DNA of 64,000 bases from Acidobacteriota bacterium. GTDB lineage: Bacteria > Acidobacteriota > UBA6911 > RPQK01 > JAJDTT01. Below, one piece after another: positions 30,985-38,900 of this stretch (within the stretch, counting starts at the first letter, position 1; each line of letters begins with the position of its first letter). The notes beneath the pieces are model-generated. The model was not told the DNA's origin, ran no database searches, and saw nothing but the letters and a program-made list of their open reading frames with translations. The translations under genes and the position numbers were made by a program. Location: the NCBI GenBank assembly GCA_965217775.1, contig CBDCJH010000002.1:3584001-3648000 (forward strand). The letters are read 5' to 3'.

Positions 30985-32196
30985 TTACCAGCCCTGGCTT
31001 CCCAGGACGTGATCGGTCAGATATGCCAGCATCTGGTTCAGCACCGCAGCATCGGTCAAGACCGCGGCAGTGGACAACAGGCATCCGACGACCACCAGCG
31101 TTCCTCCCAGGACCTTTCCCACGTCCTGGCCCTTGAGGCTGCCCAGTTGGTGGCTCTCCCCGGAGAGGTAGGCCGAGGCGGCGAACAGCTCCTCACCGAT
31201 GAGCGTGTAGTCGCACGCCGCCACGAAGAAGGGGAGCTGCGAGGGCATGGCGGTTCCGGCCACCTGGATGGCGCCGACGGCGTTGCCGGTCTCGGCCAGA
31301 ATCAGCGACTCGGCGAAGAAGGCGCCCATGTAGAAGCAGGCGGCCGGCCGTTCCCGGAGCATCTTACCGGTGACGCCGGCCACGTACCCGAACTGCTCGT
31401 CGGTCAGGTAGTAGACCGCGTCCTCGTTGAAGGCATCGGGACGGCCTGCCCCCAGATAGGCCGCCTCCACAGTTTCCCGGCAGGCCGTCATGACCAGGGA
31501 ACGGGAAGTGGGAACGTCCAGCCGGGCGTCGAATTCGGCTGTCAATCCGGCCACGTGCGACAGGACCGTGACGCCGGCGAGGGTCTGCATGTCGTTGATG
31601 TCCAGGATTCCGGGGACGAAGAGACAGGGACGCCCCATCTCGGTGGCCCGCCCCACGGCTTCGTCCACCGCTTCCAGTCCCGCGATCCGGCGGACCTTGA
31701 GTTCGCGTCCGCTCCGGGCCAGTTGGATGAAGTAGACGACGCTTCCCCCCACGATCAGCAGGATCACGCCGAACCAGAGTTGGGAGAAGTCGAAATACTG
31801 CATGACCGGCGTCACCGGCCCCCTCGTGGCGGCGGCGGGTGACCGTGCACCGTCCGGTCCAATGGCCACGACCTGGTAGAGGTAACTGGCTCCCGGCGTG
31901 CACCGGTCGTCCTTGAAGGACCGGGTCTGGTACGTCTCTTCTCCGATTTTGGTGAAGCTCTCCCCGGCCGCTTCCCGCCTCAGGATCTCGTAGGCGACGA
32001 CCAACCGTTCCGCGGGTTGGGGCTGATCGTCGGGGGAGAGTTCCCACTCGACCTGCACCGCCTCCCCGGCGTCATTGGGAAAGTCGACGGCCCGCACTTC
32101 ACCGGGCGGCCGGGGGGATTGCGCCAGGACCGGAGAGGCCCCTCCCGAGAGGACGAGACCGCCGGCCAGCACCGAAAAGAAAATCGATTTGTCCAT
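30985..32196 (-). CDS. Signal peptide, fibronectin type III domain and membrane-associated domain (DUF6754-like from recall)
   Basis: Fn3 pattern PPGEVRAVD..VEW...YEILR...YLYQVVA; TM; then RRIAGLEAVDEAVGRATEMGRP and QLPFFVAACDYTLIGEELFAASAYLS. Confidence 0.8.
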   Translation of the reverse strand: MDKSIFFSVLAGGLVLSGGASPVLAQSPRPPGEVRAVDFPNDAGEAVQVEWELSPDDQPQPAERLVVAYEILRREAAGESFTKIGEETYQTRSFKDDRCTPGASYLYQVVAIGPDGARSPAAATRGPVTPVMQYFDFSQLWFGVILLIVGGSVVYFIQLARSGRELKVRRIAGLEAVDEAVGRATEMGRPCLFVPGILDINDMQTLAGVTVLSHVAGLTAEFDARLDVPTSRSLVMTACRETVEAAYLGAGRPDAFNEDAVYYLTDEQFGYVAGVTGKMLRERPAACFYMGAFFAESLILAETGNAVGAIQVAGTAMPSQLPFFVAACDYTLIGEELFAASAYLSGESHQLGSLKGQDVGKVLGGTLVVVGCLLSTAAVLTDAAVLNQMLAYLTDHVLGSQGW

Positions 32197-32201
32197 CTTG
32201 T

Positions 32202-33326
32202 TCACGCCTCGATCAGTTCCACGTTGGCCCGCGGCACCACCAGCCGCCGGCCCGACTCCGAGCGGACCTCCAGCACCCGTGCCCGGGACCCGGAGCCCAG
32301 AACCTGGGGTTCGGCCGGAAGCCCGGAGACCACGCCGATCAATCCGAAATGCGGGTCCCGGATCACCCGCACCGGCGTTCCCAACTCCAGCCTGCCGACA
32401 GGACGCGCCTCGTCCACTTCCACTGCCTCTCCGGGAGCCGACGGAATCACGATTTCCGGCCGCAGGACCCCGGCGCGAATCTGAGTCGCCCCGTTGACTG
32501 ACGCTGGGTCCCCTTCCCGGGAGGCCAGCAACTGGAAGGTCTTGCGGGCCATGGCGATTCGGCCGAACCCTTCGGTGATGATCAGGGTCGTCGCCACCGG
32601 TTCCGATCCGGTGATGGCGACCCCCAGGTCGTAACCCAGGATCTCCCTTAGATCCGCATCGTCCATGCCTCCCGAGACCAGGGCCGAGATGCCGATCCGA
32701 AAGGCCTTGCGGACGGCTCCTCCCGTCATCCGGCTGCCGCCGACCACGACGGCTCCCTTCATCCCCTCTTCCAGCCGCTCGGCCGTCAACTCTTCCTTCT
32801 CGTCCCGGCAGGCCATTCGGACGGGCCCGAAGGCCTCGCCGCCGATTCCAAAGATCCCCTGGATGAAGGTGGCGTCCGCCTCCAGCACGACCCCTTCTCC
32901 CGGGATCTCCTCGACCACCTGGCCGGCCAGATAGGCCAGGACCCGGACCGGGATCGGTTCTCCGCGAAGGATGACCTGCCCCGTGACTTGGGAAATGGAC
33001 TCGATGGTCCCCGCAACCCTGGCCCTGCACTCCGACTTGAACAACCCGAAAATGCCCTTGGTCCGAGCCAGGGCCTCGCCGGCTTCCACCCGCATGCCGG
33101 GCTCCTTGAGCATGCATTCGGGGACGTCCGCGGGGGGCAGCGACAGGAGGTTGGCCACGTTGACCGGCGTGATGCTTCCCGGCATGAAGGTCTGGGCGAC
33201 CACCTCCCGGGAGTCCACCTGCTGTCCCGCCCGAACCAGAACATCTCCCTTGATGGGCAGGATCCGCCGGCAGCGATGTCGGGTTCGAGGACTGACCTTC
33301 AGACCTGGGGTGTATGCGTGGGCCAT
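32202..33326 (-). CDS. Soluble hypothetical protein with barrel-sandwich-hybrid repeats and a C-terminal KOW-like motif
   Basis: GDVLVRAGQQV and KEPGMRVEAGEALA...RARVAGTIESI repeats; IQGIFGIGGE, TEGFG and GATQIRAG; C-terminal GTPVRVIRDPHFGLIGVV. Confidence 0.85.
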   Translation of the reverse strand: MAHAYTPGLKVSPRTRHRCRRILPIKGDVLVRAGQQVDSREVVAQTFMPGSITPVNVANLLSLPPADVPECMLKEPGMRVEAGEALARTKGIFGLFKSECRARVAGTIESISQVTGQVILRGEPIPVRVLAYLAGQVVEEIPGEGVVLEADATFIQGIFGIGGEAFGPVRMACRDEKEELTAERLEEGMKGAVVVGGSRMTGGAVRKAFRIGISALVSGGMDDADLREILGYDLGVAITGSEPVATTLIITEGFGRIAMARKTFQLLASREGDPASVNGATQIRAGVLRPEIVIPSAPGEAVEVDEARPVGRLELGTPVRVIRDPHFGLIGVVSGLPAEPQVLGSGSRARVLEVRSESGRRLVVPRANVELIEA

Positions 33327-33341
33327 CCTCCGTTGACCTCG

Positions 33342-35162
33342 TCAATCCCGTTCCGGAACCGCGGGCACCAGTTCCAAATCCCGGACCCATTGAGTCATGG
33401 CCTTCCGGCAAGCCTCACGACCGGAGGGCAACGTCAGCGGACGTCCCCTCGCGTCCAGCAGGACTCCCACCGTCCCGCCCCTGAGCTCACCCTCCAGGGG
33501 CCGGCCGGGACCCGCCCCCGCATCCACTTTCCGTGCCGGCTCCACCACAATTCGCGCACTGGCTCCCAGGCCCAGCGGCAGCCGCTTGACCTCGCCGAAG
33601 GAGAGGGCGCCCTCGTTCTCCAGGCCGTCGCCGGAGATGGAATAGCGGAAGGCCGGGCTGCCCCAGGCGCCGGTTCCCCTGGGAGCCACGCAGGTTCCCA
33701 GGGAGATGAGGCAATCCCTCTGGAACACCTGGAGCGCGGCCTCCGGGTGGACCTGGGCCAGAACCCCCAGGTGCGGCATCATGAAGATGCTGTCCTTGGC
33801 CAGCCAGGTGATCCCCTCGGGCTGAAAGGCGTCCACCAGGAGCGCCGCCGTCTGCTGCATCAAGGGGGCATGGGAAAGGACTCCTCCCGATCCCACCAGC
33901 AGATCCAGCTTCATGTTGTCCACCAGGGTCTGTCCGCTGGCCTCCTGCCTGAAGGTGTCTCCCACGGTCCTCTGCTGCTGCACGCCCTTGAGCGTGGTGG
34001 CGAACTGCTTGTGCTGGTCATAGGCCAGGCGCAGGGCCTCGCGCGCCACGGCCTGCTCGAAGCACAGGGATTCCCGGGTCTGGGGAATCGTGGTGGGGCG
34101 GATCATCTTGTTCTTGACGTGGTTCCGCAGCTCCCCCTCCTCCATCTCCAAGTGGACCCAACGGAGGATGGAGGGCAGCGTCGCTTCGGCACAGACGTTG
34201 GAGATGGAGTAGCTCATTCCCAGGTTGGCGCTCACGGTGCGGTTGAAGGTGCCGTCGAAGACGCTGAAGACGTCGGTCGTGGCCCCGCCGATGTCCACGC
34301 CGACCACGTTGATCCGCTGCTGTTCGGCGATCCTCTGCAGGATGTTCCCCACCGCCCCCGGGGTGGGCATGATGGGGGCGTCGGTCCACTGGATCAGCCG
34401 TTCGTAGCCGGGGGCATGCGCCATGACGTGTTCCAGAAACAGGTCATGGATCTTGTCCCGGGCCGGACCCAGATTCTCCCGCTCCAGGACCGGACGCAGG
34501 TTGGGAACGACGGAGAGCTGGACCGACTCGTCGAAGGTCTGCTCCACCAGCGGCGCCGCGTCCCGGTTCCCCGCGAAGATCACCGGCATCCGGTACTCGG
34601 CTCCGAAGCGGGGCTGGGGACGGGCCGGCGCGATGAGCTCGGCCATCTGCACGACGTGGCGGGTGGTCCCGCCGTCGGTCCCTCCCGAGATCAGCACCAT
34701 GTCGGGCCGCAGCTCCCGGATCCGGTGGATCTGCTGGTGGGGGAGGCGGCGGTCATTGGAGGCAAGAACGTCCATGACGATGGCGCCGGCGCCCAGGGCC
34801 GCCCGCTTGGCGCTGGCGGCCGTCATCTCCCGCACCACGCCGGCCACCATCATCTGGAGGCCACCGCCGGCACTGGAAGTGGAGATGTAAAGATCGCACC
34901 CTTCACCATCGGCAGCGGGCCGGAGAATCCGGCCGGCATCGTCGATGAGGCGGCGGCCAGCCATTTCGGCCACCTCCGAGACGGCGTTCACGACGCCCAG
35001 GGTCACGTCGGCCGCCGGTTCCTCAACCGTCGTGGGAGCCTCGCCCCGGTGGGTCTGCCGGTATTCTCCACCGACCTTTTGGATGAGGATGGCCTTGGTG
35101 GTGGTGCTCCCGCAGTCGGTGGCCAGGATCACGTTGATGGATTCGGGATCGATCTGCTTCAT
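33342..35162 (-). CDS. GlmL/MutL (glutamate mutase L) family ASKHA ATPase with a C-terminal extension
   Basis: TDCGSTTTK, SSAGGGL, SGGTDGG, IMPTPGAV, VDIGGATTDV and GSGGVLSHAP motifs; ATG 35162 overlaps the upstream stop. Confidence 0.88.
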   Translation of the reverse strand: MKQIDPESINVILATDCGSTTTKAILIQKVGGEYRQTHRGEAPTTVEEPAADVTLGVVNAVSEVAEMAGRRLIDDAGRILRPAADGEGCDLYISTSSAGGGLQMMVAGVVREMTAASAKRAALGAGAIVMDVLASNDRRLPHQQIHRIRELRPDMVLISGGTDGGTTRHVVQMAELIAPARPQPRFGAEYRMPVIFAGNRDAAPLVEQTFDESVQLSVVPNLRPVLERENLGPARDKIHDLFLEHVMAHAPGYERLIQWTDAPIMPTPGAVGNILQRIAEQQRINVVGVDIGGATTDVFSVFDGTFNRTVSANLGMSYSISNVCAEATLPSILRWVHLEMEEGELRNHVKNKMIRPTTIPQTRESLCFEQAVAREALRLAYDQHKQFATTLKGVQQQRTVGDTFRQEASGQTLVDNMKLDLLVGSGGVLSHAPLMQQTAALLVDAFQPEGITWLAKDSIFMMPHLGVLAQVHPEAALQVFQRDCLISLGTCVAPRGTGAWGSPAFRYSISGDGLENEGALSFGEVKRLPLGLGASARIVVEPARKVDAGAGPGRPLEGELRGGTVGVLLDARGRPLTLPSGREACRKAMTQWVRDLELVPAVPERD

Positions 35163-35473
35163 TTGCCGGCCGAATCGAGTTCTTCGATCCGGCGACAAAG
35201 ATAGTCCACCGAGCCCCGATGCTCAAGAAAGGCGGCCAAGTGCCGGTGTCCGTGGGACTGGGTGAGTCCCGAGAGCATGGGCGACAGGAAATGCAGCAGC
35301 TGGGAACCCAGGAAGTTGAGGGGGCGGGACATTTCAAGAAACATGAGAGCCGACGTGGCCAGCCGGCGCCGCACCAGTTCCCGGCAGATCCGATCGGCCA
35401 CCTGGCGCTGCTCGTCCGAGGGTTGGAACTCGGACGGAGTGTCTACGGCAAAGGCGTGCCGCCAACCCTTCAT
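35159..35473 (-). CDS. Small hypothetical protein, first gene of the GlmL operon
   Basis: 104 aa, helical (LVRRRLATSALMFLEMSRPLNFLGSQLLHF); translationally coupled to the GlmL-like gene. Confidence 0.75.
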   Translation of the reverse strand: MKGWRHAFAVDTPSEFQPSDEQRQVADRICRELVRRRLATSALMFLEMSRPLNFLGSQLLHFLSPMLSGLTQSHGHRHLAAFLEHRGSVDYLCRRIEELDSAGK

Positions 35474-35527
35474 CGATTTTCCGTCGTCCTTTGTTGCCAA
35501 TCTCAGGTCCCCGGGACAGTGTGGGGA

Positions 35528-35598
35528 ATTATAGCCCGAATTTCTTGGAACTTGGGAATCGCGCCCATGCTTTACACCCGGAGAGCGGCTGCTACAAT
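35528..35598. promoter_or_regulatory. Divergent promoter region
   Basis: Minus-strand TATAAT at 35533-35528 faces the GlmL operon. Plus-strand TTTACA-16 nt-TACAAT with an extended TG (35571-35598) faces the FAH gene. Confidence 0.5.
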
Positions 35599-35663
35599 AC
35601 ACGGGCTGAACAGAGCGTGAGGACTCCGGGAGCAGGCTCCCGCACTCGCAGGGAGAGAACGAA

Positions 35664-36629
35664 ATGAAACTAGCCACGTGCAGCCGGGGGGAACGCTCCT
35701 TCGTCGCCGTAGCCACGGACGATGGACGGGTGGTGGACCTGGTTGCCGCCGACGCCGAGCTGGCCCGGAAGGAGGAGAGCCCTCCCCACGCGTTCTTTCA
35801 GGACATGATCGAATTTCTGGAGCACGGGAACCAATCCCGGGAGGCTGCCGAACGGGCCGCCCGGGCAGCCCTGGAGACATCTGGGTCCCAGGCGGACGGA
35901 GCCGCCGTGCACCGACTTTCCGACGTGCGCCTGCGGGCTCCGGTGGCGGTGCCCCGGAAGCTCTTCTGCCTTGCCGGCAACTTCCAGGACCACATCGAGG
36001 AAGGCGGACATAAGATGGACTCCCAGGACAAGGAGACCCCCCGCTTCTTCATGAAGCCCGCCAGCACCTGCGTGATCGGTCCTGGGGACGGCATTCGGAT
36101 TCCACCCGTGGCCCGGGCCATTGACTGGGAGGGAGAGCTGGCGGTGGTCCTGGGCCGGCGGGGCAAAAAAATCTCCCGGGACCAGGCGCTCGACTACGTG
36201 GCCGGATATACCATCATGAATGACGTGTCGGAGCGGAAGCTCAAGATCTGGCCCCGGAGCGAGGACCGCCCCCAGGACGAGTGGTTCGATTGGCTCAACG
36301 GGAAGTGGCTGGATTCCGCCGCGCCCATGGGACCCTGGATCGTCACCACCGACGAGATCCGGGACCCCCAGGACCTGCAGATCAGCACCTACGTCAACGG
36401 AGACCGAAAGCAGCACAACAGCACCAGCCAGATGCTGATTTCAGTGGCCGAACTCATCGAGTACATCTCGGCCATCGTCATGCTGGAGCCGGGAGACGTG
36501 ATCAGCACCGGCACCGTCTCCGGCGTCGGAAACGTCACCGGGGAGTACCTCAAACCGGGAGACCGGGTGGAGGTGAATATCTCGAAAATCGGCGTTCTGG
36601 GAAACCCGGTCGTCGCAAGTTCCAGCTAG
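35664..36629 (+). CDS. Fumarylacetoacetate hydrolase family protein
   Basis: FCLAGNF..H, PRFFMK, DWEGELAVV, YTIMNDVSER, GKWLD..PMGP and PGDVISTGT motifs. Confidence 0.93.
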   Translation: MKLATCSRGERSFVAVATDDGRVVDLVAADAELARKEESPPHAFFQDMIEFLEHGNQSREAAERAARAALETSGSQADGAAVHRLSDVRLRAPVAVPRKLFCLAGNFQDHIEEGGHKMDSQDKETPRFFMKPASTCVIGPGDGIRIPPVARAIDWEGELAVVLGRRGKKISRDQALDYVAGYTIMNDVSERKLKIWPRSEDRPQDEWFDWLNGKWLDSAAPMGPWIVTTDEIRDPQDLQISTYVNGDRKQHNSTSQMLISVAELIEYISAIVMLEPGDVISTGTVSGVGNVTGEYLKPGDRVEVNISKIGVLGNPVVASSS

Positions 36630-36708
36630 GAGCCTGCGGCGCAGACTCCTAGCCGTCCGCGGGCGCACCGTTTTTCAATCCTGATTCGCATTCGAGGGTG
36701 AGGTAATT

Positions 36709-37218
36709 ATGGCTCGATATATCGAAATCACTCTCAAGAAACGCAAGATCAGTTGCGTCGCCCGTCTCCTGGACGAGAAGGCGCCCCGGACCTGCGAGGC
36801 GGTCTGGAACGCCCTGCCCCAAGAGGGAGAGGTGTACCACGCCAAGTACGCCAGCAACGAGATCTACATCCTGGTCCCCGCCTTCGCTCCCGAGGAGCCG
36901 GGCCCCGAGAACTGTTCGATGGTTCCGGCGGCCGGAGACGTCATGTATTTCACGCTGGACTCCGGCCTCCAACTGCCGGTCCGGTCCGAATCGGGGGCTC
37001 CGGTCATCGATCTGGCCGTATTCTACGACCGGGACAATCTGCTCCTCTCCCCCAAAATGGGGCCGACGCCCGGCAACGTCTTCGCCACCATCATCAAGAA
37101 CCGGGACGCCATACGCGACGGGGGCAACAGCGTCTGGCGCGAAGGGGCGGTGGGAGAGACTCTGGCCTACAGCCGGCTGGAGGGCGAGGCATTGCGCGCC
37201 TGGGGCATCGAGCCGTAG
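36709..37218 (+). CDS. DUF3830-like cyclophilin-fold protein
   Basis: ARLLDEKAPRTC..VWNALP..YHAKYASNEIY..PGPEN...GDVMYF pattern. Confidence 0.75.
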   Translation: MARYIEITLKKRKISCVARLLDEKAPRTCEAVWNALPQEGEVYHAKYASNEIYILVPAFAPEEPGPENCSMVPAAGDVMYFTLDSGLQLPVRSESGAPVIDLAVFYDRDNLLLSPKMGPTPGNVFATIIKNRDAIRDGGNSVWREGAVGETLAYSRLEGEALRAWGIEP

Positions 37219-37256
37219 GTTCGATCTCGGAATGCCGTCTGCCCGGTCGTGCAGGG

Positions 37257-38216
37257 TCAGATGTGGATTCCGGGCCAGGCCTCACGAATCCGCTGCTCCA
37301 GGATCGACTTTGACACCGGTTTCTCCAGCCGCAGCCGAGCGGTCGCATTCTTACCCAGAGCGTCGCGGGGGGCCAAGCCCACGATTTCCGAGGAGGAGAC
37401 CCTGGTGCCCAACTCATGGGCGTGGCGGTCCACAGTCTCGAAGAGCCGGACCAGGGAAGTCCTGCGAAAGTCGGTGAGATTGGTGCTGACCTGCCCCTGA
37501 TTCCGGCTGGCGATCCACAACCCCAGCGCCTTGACGCCGGGCAGGCCACCGTCCCGTTCCCGGATCCGGGCGGCCACTTTCCGTGCCACGGTCAGATCGG
37601 GATCTTCGAGAACCATGTTGTAGGCGATCAGATAGTCCCGCGCTCCGACGCAACTGACTCCGACCGTCGGATGGGGGCGAGGGGGTCCGAAGTCGGGTGC
37701 CCAGGCGGGGTTTCGCGCCATCCGCCGTCGCAGCGACACCAGACCTCCCCGCCGGAGGTACGCCAGGGATCTTCGCTCGGGACGGGTCGCCGCCCGCTCG
37801 TAGAGATAGACCGGGAGTTGGATCTCTTCCGCCAGAGCCTTTCCCAGCCGGCGAGCGCTCCGGATGCAGTCGGACATGGTGACGCCGCGGATCGGCACGA
37901 ACGGAATGACGTCCACGGCGCCGATCCGGGGATGGACGCCTCGATGCCGGGAGAGGTCCAGGAGGTCGACGGCCCGGCGGCACAGCGCTGCCGCGGCCTG
38001 CTCAAGGCCCGGAAGAGAGCCCGCCAAGGTGAAGACGGTCCGGTGGTGGTCGACGTCGGCGTCCCAATGGAGCACAGCGGCGGCGGGCGTCTCGGCCGCC
38101 GCCCGGGCCAGTTCGCGGAGAACGGCCGGGTCGCGGCCTTCGCTGACGTTGATCACGCACTCGGCAAGCGAGGATATCGCCGTCCGCTTGTTCTCCCCAC
38201 CTCTCCCCACACTCAC
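37257..38216 (-). CDS. ftcD: Glutamate formiminotransferase
   Basis: ECVINVSEGRD, DVDHHRTVFT, HRGVHPRIGAVDVIPFVP, GARDYLIAYN and SEIVGL motifs; start uncertain. Confidence 0.92.
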   Translation of the reverse strand: MSVGRGGENKRTAISSLAECVINVSEGRDPAVLRELARAAAETPAAAVLHWDADVDHHRTVFTLAGSLPGLEQAAAALCRRAVDLLDLSRHRGVHPRIGAVDVIPFVPIRGVTMSDCIRSARRLGKALAEEIQLPVYLYERAATRPERRSLAYLRRGGLVSLRRRMARNPAWAPDFGPPRPHPTVGVSCVGARDYLIAYNMVLEDPDLTVARKVAARIRERDGGLPGVKALGLWIASRNQGQVSTNLTDFRRTSLVRLFETVDRHAHELGTRVSSSEIVGLAPRDALGKNATARLRLEKPVSKSILEQRIREAWPGIHI

Positions 38217-38900
38217 CCCCGAATCTCCCTTGCGTTGCCCCCCATGACACAGTCGTTCCTCTGCGACCATCGCGCCCAAGACTCGTCTTGCTCCACACTA
38301 TTGGATATACTCGCCATTCTTGAATCTTCGAACGAATGCTTGGGAGACCAATTCCAACCAGAAACATGCGTCAGGCGTCCCGGGATAATTTCCACCAAAC
38401 AGTCAAAGATTCGGAAGAAAAGTCATGGCGTCCATTACGGGGTCGTCTGGAAATAGCTACGTTCGAACCGGGCGGTGTCTGCCCCCCCGATATCAGAAAT
38501 CTGAATCGTTTCCCCTATAGCAAGACCACCTGCATATTGCACGCGCCGTTATCGAGATCCTGCATAGGATTCGCAGCTGTATCACCGAACAGCTCGGACA
38601 CGCATTCTGACACCGGCCGGGAGACTCCTCCGTGCCAATATCTCGCACTTGCGCCACGTATGATCACCGCTCGCGACGGCACTGATCTTCTACGGCGTCA
38701 TGGTACACTAGAAGTTAGATTACTCCACATTAACCAAACAATACCTCCTACGCTTCGGACCTACCTATCATCGGCCCCAGCAAGCGTGGTCGGCATCTAG
38801 ATTTATTGAATGTCTTAGACTTCATGCTCAGGTGTACGTGTAACATTGTCAACCTCCGGAACATGTCTCGCCAAAAAGAACCTGATCGAGAGCAGACTCA

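Noticed and set aside
30985-33411. 808-aa ORF suggesting a large fusion protein
   Set aside because: The 5' half is an alternate frame of the 32202-33326 gene; the signal peptide begins at 32196.
33342-35162. DNA mismatch-repair MutL, or a functional glutamate mutase pathway
   Set aside because: The motifs are ASKHA-type rather than GHKL, and no mutase subunits are present in the window.
38336-38800. 154-aa ORF or possible ncRNA at the island's left end
   Set aside because: No motif, RBS or clear secondary structure was recognised.
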